Under the pieces are notes generated by a model, which was given only the letters and a program-made list of their open reading frames with translations, had not been told where the DNA came from and did not search any database. A stretch of 56,221 nucleotides of DNA, counting the filler, from Platydemus manokwari (lineage: Eukaryota), in NCBI GenBank assembly GCA_037951405.1. It is 4 parts of 4 records of this genome, joined end to end, with 100 filler letters (N's around TTAATTAATTAA, not from the genome) between each part and the next. Parts side by side here need not be neighbours in the genome. Positions count along the whole stretch, not along the records: positions 1 to 17,784 come from JBBMOY010788869.1; positions 17,885 to 30,089 come from JBBMOY010251115.1; 2 more parts are not named here. The stretch is one strand, 5' to 3'. Below, piece by piece: positions 12,571 to 26,600 of this stretch. The first letter of the stretch is position 1. The number at the start of each line of letters is the position of its first letter. Both the position numbers and the translations under genes were made by a program.

Positions 12571-15500
12571 TGCGAAAAATCTGAGCAAAATTTAATAAGA
12601 AATTGATTTGAAAAAGGTTTTAAAATAATCGATTAATTTATTGCACTGATTATGTAATGGAATTTAATTGATTTAAACACTCATCACAAGATAAAGAATT
12701 ATTTTATTTAATTGATTCAAATTGATAATTTTGATAAATTAAAAATTTTTCACCATCCTGGAGTAATTTTTTTGTGAAATTTATTTTTTTTAAAAAAATT
12801 TGCCTTTAATGAATTTTTTGAGTTGAAAATTTTCCCTGCACGATTTTCATCGAGTTTTCAATTTTATTTTATAAAATTTTCATTAAAATTTTAAATCGAT
12901 AAAGACATTTTTATTGAAATCCCGCTTTTAAATGTGATGGAATCGAAATAGTATTTGAAGAGATTTACCGAACAGAAAATATTATTTCGAAAATGAAAAA
13001 TATTCTAAATAGCCTCCAATTAAAATTTAACAACGTCTGAGAAAATGTGAAAAATTATAAAAGTTTGAGTTCTAATTTTATCGATCTATGCAGAGACATC
13101 GGTCTGGCCATAGATGATCACTGAAAATAGAGAGTGTGTAAATAGAGAGTGTCGAAAAGGATAAAGAAGAGTCAAACAATCCAAAGTCTTCCCAGCTCAG
13201 CTGCCAACCATGTGTTTGTTCGTTTAACCTTTATAGACTCGCCCTTGCTGGCATATACCTTGTTGATTGTATGTAATAACTCTGTAACTTTGTTTTTACA
13301 AATATATATTATTATATTACAAATATATATAACTAATGTTCCATCTATGTTCTAATCTATAATTAGTGAAAAATTGATTTAAAGCTCTTTGCATCTGTTG
13401 TTATTAAGATGGAGAATAAAATGAAATTTGGTTTGGTATGGCAATGGCGACTGTGATATCTGCTATGATAATTACATCATAATTTATTATTATGCACAGA
13501 GCCCCTATTTGAACCGAAATAACAAAAGCTATTGATTATTTGAATTGCATAATCTTGAATTATTAAATCTTTGTTGTCACATTCGATAATAATCGTCATT
13601 GTAAATCATATTTGTAATTGATAAACACCACTCGAACATATCGAACAGGAAATACATTTCTGATGTACCTCACAACACTTTGCCAGCTATTTATTTGTTG
13701 TTTGTTTTACAAAATAAATAATCGATAATATAAATTAATAAATTGACCATAATTTTTGATTATTTTCAAAGATATTGATCGAATGATGTTATTGAACCGA
13801 TTGAAGACCTTGGTTGTTGTGATGAGGTTTTCCAATAATCACGAAAGATATTGATTGAACACAATGGATTGTTTAACGGACATGAACACAATTGTTTGAT
13901 GAGCACAAAATGTTATTGATTTACATGAAAATATTGATGAGTCAATGAAATATTATTGATGATAAGCTCAGCAATGTTTGTCGAGATAAATACAACCAAC
14001 TATTACATACATTTCGATATCTTATGACACTGCAAATACTATTCATGATAATTTCATCGCTTATCAATGATAAACCGATGGAGATTATTATAAATTTTGC
14101 GTATTTATTGATTTTCAATATTATAATGGATAATGTTTTCATTTATTCGGCTATTGATTATTTGATGTGATTATATATTTAGATGGATCATGAAGTGAAG
14201 TCCGTATATGTTGACTTATTAATGTGAGGTTGTTAGGTATAACGGATAATGAATGGTGTAGGTTTCTCTGCATAGATATGAGCCAAAATATTTATACATA
14301 ACCATATTTAAAATTGTTATTGATTATAATATTAAACAATAATAAATATAAATTATAATGGTAATATATTATCTATGAGCAAAGGATGCTAAAATGATGA
14401 GAACAGGTGTTTATTGATTTACTCATTCCGAGATTAGCAGACTTAGATAATTGATATTTTTTTAGTCATTGTTACAGCTCTGGTCTAGAAGGACTCTAAA
14501 ATTTCTATTGATTAAATTTTTGTAACATTCCCTTAGTAACAGTTCGATCGATAACTTTATTAATATTTTCGTTAACATCTTAAACTACTTATACTATACA
14601 ATTATCCATGATACCATGGTGATGATTGTTCAGTGGTCAAGTCAGAATCAACCATAGATCCGAATATTTTATTGAAAGATTTTCTGTATTGGGACTGGGA
14701 AATTCATAAAAATTATTTCGTCAGTGAATAATAGGAAAGATTAATCCTAATCGAACAGGTAAAATAATCGATGGATTAAATTTTTATATTTCAAGTCGAT
14801 TGATTGAAAATTGATGACGTAATTACGTTAATCTGGTTAATCTTGAATTGTCTTGACAGTTCTCGATAATGGATCGATAAATAAAGAACAAGTTCGTCAA
14901 GGCAAATGCGATTTGTCTCATTTTAGTGTTCATATTGGGATAGAAATGAAATAAATTGACCGAGACTCCCTTTAATGTATTTACCTTAATTTAGTTAGGA
15001 TATAATTAATAATTTTACCTTATAAATGTGAAGGATAAAAGATAATCACAACAAGTTTTCAAGGCTTTATGAGAAACGAATGCAGTTGACAAGGAGAAAC
15101 ATTTATAGCCATACTTATAATCATAATGCAAAATAAAAGCTGCAATGCGGAACTTGGTTCCTAATATAATTTGCCTTGACAAACGTTAATAACCAATTTC
15201 GAGAAATCGAGGCCTTTTAATATAATTCCAATCGATATTGATGTGTCACTGAAAATGTATTACTGTCAAAACAATTGTCGGTGAAAGGCCATTCTCTGAA
15301 GATTTGAATTAAAAATAATATTAAAATATCTAAGCCTTAACTGGTATTCATGGAAGATGTTATCACAGAACATAAGAAGAATAGACGATAAATAAGTTTT
15401 AAAATTTTGCGACTAATATCTGCCTTTCTAATGAAGAATTAATAATAACTGAAATGGAAGTGATAATTATTTAATTAGGGATTACAATTACAGATGTGGA

Positions 15501-17784
15501 CAGGTTGAAAATCGATAAATTTAGAAATATTAAAAATTACGGCTCAGTTTATTGTATCAAAACATAGGAGTAGTAGGGAAGAATAGGGTATTAATAGATG
15601 TAAGGATAATTCGAAAAAGTACGAATAGTAACGTTGGATAAACAGGGAGACACAGCGACGTTATATAATAATCATAAATAAAATACATATAATTATAAAC
15701 AAGCATAAAATTTTGACAAATAAAAATCACATTGTAGGCGTCAATAAGAAATAAATTAATAAAAACGATTAATCCACATTATCCTGGAAACATTAGGCAC
15801 AAGGATTTAAATTTGAATTTAAACCTCAAATTGCCATAGCAACGTAGGAAGCTACTATAAAAAATATGAAATTAGTCATAAAATAGTGTAAAAAAGCAAT
15901 TATCAAATCGATTCCACAAAATTCCTTCTTACATTTAACGTTACTCGGACATATGTGATTTTCATTTACACATTCGCAACATATCAAGATTAATTTCGAT
16001 TAATACATTCAGGATTTAGTCAGGATCGAAATCCTTTTCATTGTGGAATATTCATCAATTTCAAATTATTTATGATAACAGTTATTCTCACTTCATTCTC
16101 ATCCATCTCCGACAGTAGATTAGAAGAGAAATATTATTCGCGTTCTCCACAAAGTTTGATTAGAACTTTTTGGATTTTGAAATCATATATTTCTTTTGTT
16201 TTTACATCGAAGTAGGGTGCCACATAGTGTCGGCAATTGATTTTCCATTCTTGAGGTCACAATGCTGCTGTCTTATAAATTACTCACGGCACACTTGTTA
16301 GTCATTATTATAATCAATAAAAGTATTACTTCTTCATAGTTATTTATTTATATTAGTGGAACTAATTAGGCAATTTTTACCTAACCAAAGTAAACAAAAA
16401 ATAATAAATCAATATAATTTTTTTCAAATTAAGTCTCAAATTAAGAAAATAATAATTCCAGAAATTACAAAAATATTCATAAGATTTTTAAATTTGTTTT
16501 ATTGCATCAAAACCAATAAACATTAAGGTCATTAGGAAATTCCGCGTCAAAATCTAAAAATAGAACCTCCGATGAAAGGAAAACATTAATAACAACATTC
16601 GTTGCTATAAATAGACACAGGCTAAAATAGTAACCTATGCTGTACATATGCTAAAATTATCAACATATGCTACTAAGCATAGAATGTTACCAAAATAGCA
16701 ACAAGTTGCATGACTCACAATAAGACACAAAATAGTATAAATACTGGCAGAAACTTCGCACTTCGACTAATCACAGTTACAATATTGTACGAATTTTTGC
16801 AAGCTCAATTCCGAAGCTATTTATTTTTCAATGGTATGCTAATCTCGATCCGCAGATTGTACCATTCTGAAGATATTTTTTGTATGCCAATTTTGATTTG
16901 AAGATTTTAATGATGCAACCCACAAGTAATTTTTTTCACTGCTCAATTAATTTTCGACCCATGAGGTCTACTAAAATGATATAGGTTCTACTTAAAGGTT
17001 CCCCACCTTCACTTTTGTCACTGTTTTCTTGACTAACACTCTTTCCTCCCACAATAGCGAACATCGCCTTTAGTAATTTAAATTCTTTGTATTCAGATTA
17101 TTGTTAATTAATACATTTTATTTTGTCTTATTTTGCATTGTTCATGATATTTTATTTTACTATAATTTATATTTTAAATATTATCCTTACTACATCATCC
17201 GAGTGATAAAGCGACAACAACCTCTTATCTGTTTGGAGTCCAGATAAGTTGAAGATCTAGAGCAACTATTATTTGCTCTATTTAAATCCTTCTGATAAAG
17301 TTTCGCGCGTATTATCTATATCTTTTTACAAATTCCGCATTTGAAATTTGAACTTTTTATTATTATTTTAATACAACCCCGACATTCTTTAACAAGTGGC
17401 ACGCAACTAATTATCTGTTAGTTGTCACATCTTGGTGGAAACATCAATTATCGGTCTCTAACAGCTTGTAAATTATTAACGGCTTGAATAATCGAGAATA
17501 TCTTATTGATTTAAATATACCAAAATCGCCTATTAGAAAAGCACCAATAAACGTACGAATGGGTTGAGATTTAAATTTAACAAATTTTCTAATCTAGAAT
17601 TTGTGAAATTATCACTCAAACCCCGATATTTTAAAATCTTAGATAACAAATTCGGCATTCTCTTTTTATAGTACTTATCAATGAAATCTTTAATTTATCA
17701 AATTAATTATATTAGGTGTATAACCTTAAAATTTCGGTTTTTTTTGAAAAATATTTATTTATTTAAAGTACATTTTGCATAGTA

Positions 17785-17884
17785 NNNNNNNNNNNNNNNN
17801 NNNNNNNNNNNNNNNNNNNNNNNNNNNNTTAATTAATTAANNNNNNNNNNNNNNNNNNNNNNNNNNNNNNNNNNNNNNNNNNNN
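17785..17884. other. Artificial contig spacer: 44 N + TTAATTAATTAA + 44 N
   Basis: Identical 100-nt structure at three sites. The 12-mer gives stops in all six frames. Confidence 0.95.
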
Positions 17885-18298
17885 TGTTTCGTTCCATATT
17901 AATTTATTGTTATTCTTCCCACATAATTCTTCTAAGGCTCTAGATTTTTTTGAGTAGTCTTATATAAATCTCCTATAATAACCACAAATTCCCAAGAAGC
18001 TTCTTAAAGTTTTTAAGCATTTAGGTCTTTCAAACTTTTTAATGGCTTCAATCTTGTTTAGGTCAGTTTTGATACCTTCTTCACTTATTATGTGTCCAAA
18101 AAACTTGATTCCCTTTTTAAATATGTTACATTTTTCTGGATTTATCCTTGATCCAGCTTTTCCTTTTATAATGATCTTCCATAGTTTTCGAAAATATTAA
18201 TATATCGTCTAAGTAGACCATTGCATCTTTATCTTTCATACTTGTCAATATTTTTGTCGTTAGTTCTTGAAAAGTACCAGGTGCCGCTGCTATTCCAA
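17885..18298 (-). mobile_element. Ty3/Gypsy LTR retrotransposon reverse transcriptase fragment (degenerate)
   Basis: Minus strand reads GIAAAPGTFQ...AMVYLDDILIFSKTMEDH...INPEKCNIFKKGIKFFGHIISEEGIKTD..KIEAI...LRSFLGICGYYRRFI*DYS, with an in-frame stop and a deletion. Bounded by gaps. Confidence 0.9.
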
Positions 18299-18432
18299 NN
18301 NNNNNNNNNNNNNNNNNNNNNNNNNNNNNNNNNNNNNNNNNNNNNNNNNNNNNNNNNNNNNNNNNNNNNNNNNNNNNNNNNNNNNNNNNNNNNNNNNNNN
18401 NNNNNNNNNNNNNNNNNNNNNNNNNNNNNNNN

Positions 18433-18590
18433 CTACTTAGCTTGTAATTGATGTTTCAACAGAAGAACTCATTTTCTTAAAATTTATTTAATTACAACAC
18501 TTAATACAATTTTTAAAACAAATTATAATTCCGGAAAGTTTCGATATCGATCTTAACCAGGTCTATATAAAACAATATTAAAATAACTTT
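18433..18590 (+). repeat. Dispersed ~180-bp degenerate repeat, copy B
   Basis: ATTGATGTTTCAACAGAAGAA...TTTTCTTAAAATTTATTTAATTACAACACTTAATACAA...GATCTTAACCAGG. Confidence 0.7.
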
Positions 18591-19175
18591 AAATTATCTC
18601 ATTTTATATAATAAATTTTAAAACATTATTTTTAAAATTTATTAACTTATTTATTATTTAAAATAATCTTCTTTAAAATCTTTATTTAAAATAATGATGT
18701 TAAAATTAATTTAAAAACTATTTTAAATTATTTTGAAATTTTAAAATTATTATCATTTAATTAAAATTAATGCTCATATAACCCACACAAAATGCTACAA
18801 GTATACTGATCGAACTCTCAGAGTAAATAACTAGTAATTTTATTATGATAAATATAAAACTTAGAAATAAATATTTAATTTTGAATATTTATTTGCACAC
18901 TGAGTACACATAAACAGTTTTAAAATATTTTAAACATTGCTAAAACTGGAAAATCTGCCAATTCAAGCAACACAAAAGCAAACGTAAATAATAATTTTAT
19001 TTTTTATCGTATCTTTTGCAGATTGCTCCGTGTGCTAGGAAGTAGAAGTGGTAATAATATATTGTATAGTGTTACTGGATTTTACTTTAAAGAAATGTTT
19101 TACTTTATTTGTTTTAATATAGGATATTGACCTTAAGAGATAAAAGTATATCTTAATATATTTCATTTTAATCAA

Positions 19176-20207
19176 ATGATTATAGGAAACACTTTAAAGC
19201 ATTTTTTCAAAAAAAGAATTATTCTTTCGATTATATTTGGTCAAATTTTATCTGTTTTTATATGTGGAACTGCTGTGACTAGTGCTTATCTTAGTGGACG
19301 CAATGTTAATATACCACTAACTCAGAGTTTCTTAAATTACTTACTAATAGCCTTTACGTATGGCTTGTTTTTCACTTATAAATCATCCAATGCATTGGTT
19401 AGTATTGTTAAAAATCGTGGATATATTTATCTAATTGCAGCAATTATTGACATCGAAGCAAATTTTTTGATAGTCAAAGCCTACCAGTATACAAATGTAA
19501 CCAGTGTTCAATTGTTGGATTGCCTTACAATACCTACAGTTTTTATACTAAGCATGATTATATTTAAAATTCGATATTTTTGCTCTCATATTATTGGTGT
19601 TATTCTCTGTCTACTTGGTTCTACTGGCATGGTTCTAATTGACTATTATACAAAATCAAAGGTTTCACACGGAGAAAATCCTCTTTTGGGTGATTGCTTG
19701 GTAATATTTGGTGCAATGAGTTATGGTGTATCTAATGTTATCCAAGATTATATGGTTAAGAAGCATGGCAGAATCGAATATCTAGGATTTATTGGGATAA
19801 TCAGCTCAGTGATCAGTGGTTGTCAGATATTAATTCTAGAAAGATCATCCATTGCTTCAGCATTTATGAGCAATTCTAATAACGTATTGTTTTGGTTGAG
19901 TTTAATGGGCTTTACAATGTCAATGTATCTTCTCTATTCATTAATGCCACAAATGATGATTATGAGCAGTGCTGTTTTGATGAATCTTTCATTGTTGACA
20001 GCCGATGTTTACGCTTTAATTGTCGGTATATTTTTATTTGGAAATTCATTCCATGTTTTATATTTTGTGGCGTATGTCGTCATTATGATCGGAGTAGCCG
20101 TTTATGTGTCTAAGAATCCCGCCGATAGAGATAATAATAAAGTTGTCTGTGATATGTTTCCATGTTATCGAAAAACGTCAGAAATTGAAATGCAAACCGA
20201 GTGTTGA
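19176..20207 (+). CDS. SLC35F2: SLC35F1/F2-family solute carrier (DMT superfamily, ~10 TM), single coding exon
   Basis: 343-aa ORF with family motifs GQILS..ICGT, QSFLNY.L, IDIEANFLIVKAYQYT.VTSVQLLDC.TIP, GD.LV..GA..YGVSNV.Q and SSAV.MNLSLLTAD.Y. Confidence 0.9.
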   Translation: MIIGNTLKHFFKKRIILSIIFGQILSVFICGTAVTSAYLSGRNVNIPLTQSFLNYLLIAFTYGLFFTYKSSNALVSIVKNRGYIYLIAAIIDIEANFLIVKAYQYTNVTSVQLLDCLTIPTVFILSMIIFKIRYFCSHIIGVILCLLGSTGMVLIDYYTKSKVSHGENPLLGDCLVIFGAMSYGVSNVIQDYMVKKHGRIEYLGFIGIISSVISGCQILILERSSIASAFMSNSNNVLFWLSLMGFTMSMYLLYSLMPQMMIMSSAVLMNLSLLTADVYALIVGIFLFGNSFHVLYFVAYVVIMIGVAVYVSKNPADRDNNKVVCDMFPCYRKTSEIEMQTEC

Positions 20208-23200
20208 TTTTGTGGGTTTTTCTGATGTTGGATTTGATTGTGATTTTTTTGGGGGGGTATTTTTTGTGATGACAAAATCTTTTATTTTATTCATTTTTTA
20301 TGCTAGAAACTTTATATTGATTAAATATGATAGAATTTTTTAAAAGTAGTATAAAGTTGTGAAAACAATTTGTAAAGTATTTATTGAATGGAATTTTTTT
20401 TAATAATTTACAGTCTAATTTTATGTTGTTTTCGAAATTATTATTATAATTGGGAATTTTTGAAAGTAGTACAATATCAAACATTCAATGAATGTTTGGT
20501 GATTATAATAATTATTATAAAAAGAACTGGTTCGATTGAAATATGTGAAAGGTTAAGTTGATCAGATAATCATTATCTGACTTTGTTTATTTTAGCACTT
20601 TATCAATAATGTGAAATGCCAATGGAAATTTTAGAAATGCAATTCACGAAATTCGAATATAATCTGCTTCAATTTATTATGTTGATATAGATTGATTATC
20701 AATGATATTTATTAGTAAACAGAAGTTCAAGTGAGTCTGTAACGAAATGTCTTTCAATAATAAGAAAATTAATTCAAAAATTTTAAATCGAAGCATTAGT
20801 TTTCCTTCATTAATACATTTCTAAAATCTAAATAGTTCTTAAATTAATATTTTTAATTTATTTTTTGTCTATTACTGGTTGATAATAATATTTGATTGTG
20901 TTCGAATTTTTAGAATATCTGAAATATAATTCTAAGATATTGGTTTAATGAGTGCATATGACTGAAATGCGCATCTGGTATTTCTTATTATTTCACTAAT
21001 GGCTTTTCCAAGTTAGCTCTTAATCAGATTGAAAATATTCAATGATTGTTTATCAACCATTCAGTTTTCATTAACAGTAAAATACATTAATTAAAATTTA
21101 TTGGTATAAGTCACCTCTCAGTTCAAAAAGTTGCATGAATTCACAATAAACTCTGCAATATTAGAAATGTTATCACTCGAAAAAATATTCAAATCAAATG
21201 GAATGATCAAAAAATAATATCCATAATTTTATGGAGTAAGTTTGTGTGAACCATTCAGTGAATAGCAAGCCAAGCTGATTTTATGATAAAAATCACGATA
21301 GTTTACGTAATGGTGTCAAATAAATTAAGAGCTGATAATGATACTTATTGTTAATAGATTATTTACTTATTTTAGGTTTATTAAATCGGAAGTACAATTG
21401 TATGTGTGTTGGAAAATAACAGATTAGATCAATATTATTCTGAATTTCAATAACAACTGAAATTGATTCCAATCGAATACTTATTACATCATACTTATTT
21501 ATGAACTGACAAACATTTGATAATCTTATGAAAATATCAGACTACATTTCATTATTTATGTAATTTATAAACAATAATGATATTATTTAAAATTATTAAG
21601 TCATAGTGGTTATGAAAAACTTTTTACTTGTAAAGCAGCAACAAATAAATAATTGATTGATTTTCATCAACTAGTGATTTGATGTGAGGAATAATCTGGT
21701 GCTAATGGTAATCAATCGAGCGGTAACTTATAATTCTAGATTTTGACCCGTTGATTAACAGTTATTGACAATGAACAGGTAACAAAAGAGAAATACAGAT
21801 TATAACTTGAATAATGATTAAAAAATTAAATTGATTGACTTAAATATCTATTATCATACCAATGACAAGAAGAAAACTAAAAGAAATAATCTTCTAAAGT
21901 TGAAAGAGCAGAAATGTACAGTTCGTTGATTTGTAAAGTTGGCTTTAAATGACAAGAGAATTTGTTCCAAGAAGTCATTGGATGAAGAAGCGACTAAAAA
22001 CTTAAAATTTGGTTACAAGGTCTTATAGGAAGTGCGAGATAATCGCAGTACGTGACAAAATAGATTAAAATTGATTAATTGACGCACAAGAATCACAAGC
22101 AATGAACATTGAGATACGTCAATTACGTAAGTGATAGAAGAAAATTTGTCGACGGACTAAACTTCAAAGTCTTCTAACAAATACAAATCAAAGTTGCAAG
22201 GTAGGTAGATATCTACACTAGTTGCCGGTGCTATACTTGAAAATTATAAATTATCATTATCATTATTTATTGTAATTATATATTGTAATTGAATATTATA
22301 ATAATATATAATCTTCAAAATTTCCAATTTAATTACCAACACATTTGCATAAATTTATTATATATTTTATTAAAAAAGAAATTAATATTTTTTCATAAAT
22401 TGAGAACACATCACTTCACACAAATTATAATACATACTAAAAGCATAAAATAAAAAAATTAATTAAAATTTTTTTTAATAAAATATTAATTTTAACAAAC
22501 TAAAAGATCTTAATAATAAGTTGGTTTATTATTTGAATGTCTCTGAATGAGATCATATTTAGAAGGCAATTAAAATAATTTAGAGCTATTAATGTTAATA
22601 TTTTCAAATTTTGGTATATTGAAGAGAATTTTTGAAATGATATGAAATCATGGGAAAATAAAACGAGTTAAATCTCGAGGACAATTGCGAGTGTTGTATC
22701 GTTGGTAATTTCTTTCATTACTTTTATTTTTCAGATGCTGATTTAATTTTAATTTTGAAAATTTGGATTTTCTGAGTAACTTTGATCATGTCATTGAATT
22801 TGTACAAATTGTTATTTTTCTATTATAACTCTGAACTTTCAGCATTGTATCTATGTATCTATTTTAACACACGTGAGTGAGTGAGTAGACTCAAGATTAT
22901 GACCTAAATACATACAAAAATCAAGAATAATATTTAATTAAATAAATAACATAAATGCGAAAAAATTAATTGAAAATTTTTACGATTAACACACATGTCG
23001 ACACAAATCAATATAAGACTTAAAAGACCAATCAAATGATTCCAAAAAACGTAGAGCCAATAAAAACGCTTAAACAACAAAGTTGTGGGAATAACTGACA
23101 AAATTACACTAAAATTATGCACTCTTCTACAATCACCATAAAAATAAAAAACATTGACTCAATTCCAGTTGATAGGCAGTTATTAGCTAAATATTTATGC

Positions 23201-23794
23201 AACCAATGTTTGTTCGGTTATTGTCTGATTATCACATTTTGTGATTTTCATTATCAAAATTAAAACTTGTTGAACAGTTGTCTTTTATATATTATATTAG
23301 GCATAAACAATGATAAATACAATACTCAATCAACCTATGTGATAGTAGTTAAAGTTTTTATTTCGTCCCTTCACAAAAATACAATGTTCGTGCCTCACAA
23401 AATTTAGTTATTCTCAGATAAAAATAATAAATAGAATTTGATTTTGAAAAATAAAATCTTGAAAATAGTATTTCACGATACGATAATTCATTTTAGATAA
23501 CCATTTTGTTGATGAATTTAAATTTGTTGTTTAGAGAGTTAATTGTCCAATTAAAAATTAAACGAACAAGATAATCTAGACGAATAATTTAAAATTAACT
23601 ATAATTTAAAGCAAAAATAATTCCTGTTATAAATCGACAAGATGTTCGTTTTATTAATAATATTTCTGAACTAACACTGACCACTGATCAAATAAATTTT
23701 GGATTAAATTAGTATGAAATTTATAAATTTAGTACTCGGTTTAAATCTATTGTTTGTGTCTTTGAGATTTTTGCACTGTCTTCATTGAGTATGT

Positions 23795-23975
23795 TAGTAG
23801 CGGATACTTCACTTGGAATTGATGTTTCAACAAAAGAACACATTATATCGATTTTCTTAAATTTTATTTAATTCCAACACTTAATACAAATTTTTAAACA
23901 AAATATAACTTCTTTTTCTAGAGAGATTTGATTTTCAATCTTGATCAGGGATAGCTAAAATATTAAAATATTTTT
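23795..23975 (+). repeat. Dispersed ~180-bp degenerate repeat, copy C
   Basis: ATTGATGTTTCAACAAAAGAA...GATTTTCTTAAATTTTATTTAATTCCAACACTTAATACAA...CAATCTTGATCAGG. Confidence 0.7.
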
Positions 23976-24399
23976 CCAATTATTTAAAAATTATTTAAAA
24001 TTATTAATTCTCACAGGCTACAGTCATGAGAATGTGCTTGTCATCTATATTCAGTAAGTAGTTGTTACGTTGTATTTCCATGGTGTTAAACTATTCTCCA
24101 GAGAGCCATGCTGATTATGTTTGTGATAATGCGTGCAATTATTAAAGTTAAATTAATTGACAAGTATCGATAGATGAAGTCATAAAACCAAATATTGGTT
24201 TAACACTAATAAGTCCAATTTAATTTACAATCTTACATGATAGCTCAAAGTAAAAAACAAAAATACTAAGATAAATATGGTAACTTGCATAAATATTATA
24301 ACATGATATATTAAGATTCATTGTACATAAACATAACAACACAAGCCCTCACGTCGGCTTTTAAATTGATTTGTTAAGATTGATAAATCTAATATTCTG

Positions 24400-26600
24400 T
24401 TTCGAGATTTCTTTATTTGAAGTCTTCTCATTCGCTTTGCAACATTGCCGAGTAGCTCTGTTACACATTAGTTTGTTTTGACTGACCAGTGCTGAAGAGT
24501 TAGTACTCGATCACAACAGATATTCTTTGATTTTCTTTGGTCCGAATGGACCTTGTGTGTTGCATAGGCATCTCTGAGCAATGTCGATATTAGGAACCCC
24601 GAGATAAACGTGATTTGCCTTTTATCGAGTGTGATATTCAAAAGGACCTTGTCATTGCGAGGGTCCCAAGACCCTAGTATATCGATGCAGAGGACATCGA
24701 GATGAGTTTCGGATCTCATTTTCTTGCATATCTCTTTGGTAACAATTCTGTATTTCTCGTGATTGAGGAATCGATAACTCTTGAAGTTGTCGCTCTTAAC
24801 AAAAGAAATTTTAAGATCGACAGTGTAGGGTTGAGGTTTGTTTTTGTTTTTGATCACCAAGTATCGGCGTAGTTTATTCGCAAATTCCGGTGGTGTTGTA
24901 TCGATATCTGTGTCAAAGCCTAGTGACCGTAAATTTTTGGAATGGTAACCACACTTTGGAACATTGATGACAAGGGGAATGTGGATCAGATGAATGATTC
25001 TCAGTTCAAGATTTTCTTCAGAGTTGGCTATGATGACAATATCATCTGTGTATGCTAGGGTAGAAAATTGCTTTTGATGGATTGTTAATGAATTTGATAA
25101 TTGTGCAGAACACCTGATGAGGTAGTCGGTTGACATAGATAGTGGGTATCCTTCTTAGACACTACTTTGAATGGGAACTGATGGTGTCTTCAGCTCTCCA
25201 CATTTGGAGTTCTTGTATAAAGTTTTTATTATTTTAGCATAGTGAGAGTTGCTTCCCATTTTCTCAAGAGTATACCAGATTAGGTCACGCGATATGCTTA
25301 AGAATGCGTCTTTCAAATCGATCCAGCAGAAGTGCAAGTCTTGATGCCGTTAAGTTGTGTATTTGGATTGGGTAATTAAGTAGGCGATGTGTTCAGCACA
25401 TCCGTTAAAAGTGAACATTGCTTTTTGTTGGGAGATAGAAGGTTGCCAGCTTGTATCCAGTTGAGGATTCGTAGGTTCAGGATAGCTGCGAAAATTCGGA
25501 ATGATGTGTCCACGAGAGCTATCGGGCGCCACGATGGCAGAAGTGTAAATTTGACTGTTTTCCTGGTTTAAGAAGGAAGTTAGTGTTACATTCTATCCAA
25601 TGATTTGATATGGTCTTTATTCGAAGGATCTTGTTGAAGAGAGCGAGCAGAAAACTATGTTCGGGGTCTATAGTTTTCCAATCTCTGTAGATTATACCGT
25701 CTGAACCTTGAGTAAATTTTGACAATTTTTGGAAGATGTTTTTGCAATCTATGCAATAGTGATGTCTTTGAGGTTTAAGTTATCCTCAGGCCAAGGTAGA
25801 GTAGGAGAAAATTTTGATGGTAGTGCTGGAGGAGCTGAGATTATGCAGTATGCTATGATCTGTTCCAAAGTTGGCAGAGATGTTGGTGTTACGGAGTGAA
25901 GAATATTTCTAATTGTCTTTTTGGGATTACTGAGAAATTTTCCATGAAGTTTAAAATCTGAAATGTAATACTGAAGGTTTGAAATGTTAGTTTGGGGCAA
26001 ATCTATAGGGTTCGACGATGGACAAGGCTGTTCTGGCAGTCGATAGTATTTATGTAAGATCTGGAGAATTAATCTCTAGCATCTTGATAGCATCAAACAG
26101 TAATGGATGTGTTATTTACACTGTAGCTGGTTCGCTACGAGTATTAGGCCTAGAAGGGAGTTTGCTTCATTGATCATTGATACCGGGTGAAGCTGAGTTT
26201 GGGCTAATTTTCTAATTGGTTAAGATATGTCTTGTAAAGGAGATTGGGAGCACGTATTTTGTTGAAGTTTGGTAACTAACTTTATTGCAAAAAGGGTTCA
26301 TCCATTTAGAGCTAATGTCGGATTGAACGGTTTTGGAGCAAGTGGTGAATGAGCACGGAAGTAGAACATAGATGTGAAGCAGTTGGTATGCTCTATCTTG
26401 GATTTTCGATTTGAATTTGAAATCGCATTTTATTTTGGCGTTGCCCTCGATGATTGGAGACTTGCATAGTAGGTCATTTTACAACGGACAGAGATTAACG
26501 TGTGAACATGAACGTTTGATCAATGATGAACTCGAACCCCAATTTACTTTACACAACTTCACTGAAATTCACTGCTTTCTAACCATGGATATATGTTGTA
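24400..26600 (-). mobile_element. Degenerate RLE-type non-LTR retrotransposon (NeSL/Utopia/R2 superfamily): RT plus restriction-like endonuclease
   Basis: RT motifs across frameshifted ORFs: GSDGIIYRDWK..DP, WRPIAL.DT.FRIFAAIL, QKAM..NGCAEH, WIDLKDAF, SV*EGYPLS, LAYTDD. RLE motifs: VDLKISF, EKY, ILGSWDPRND. Internal deletion between RT and RLE. Confidence 0.85.

Noticed and set aside
17829-17840. Palindromic TTAATTAATTAA as a biological motif
   Set aside because: Assembly linker embedded in N runs.
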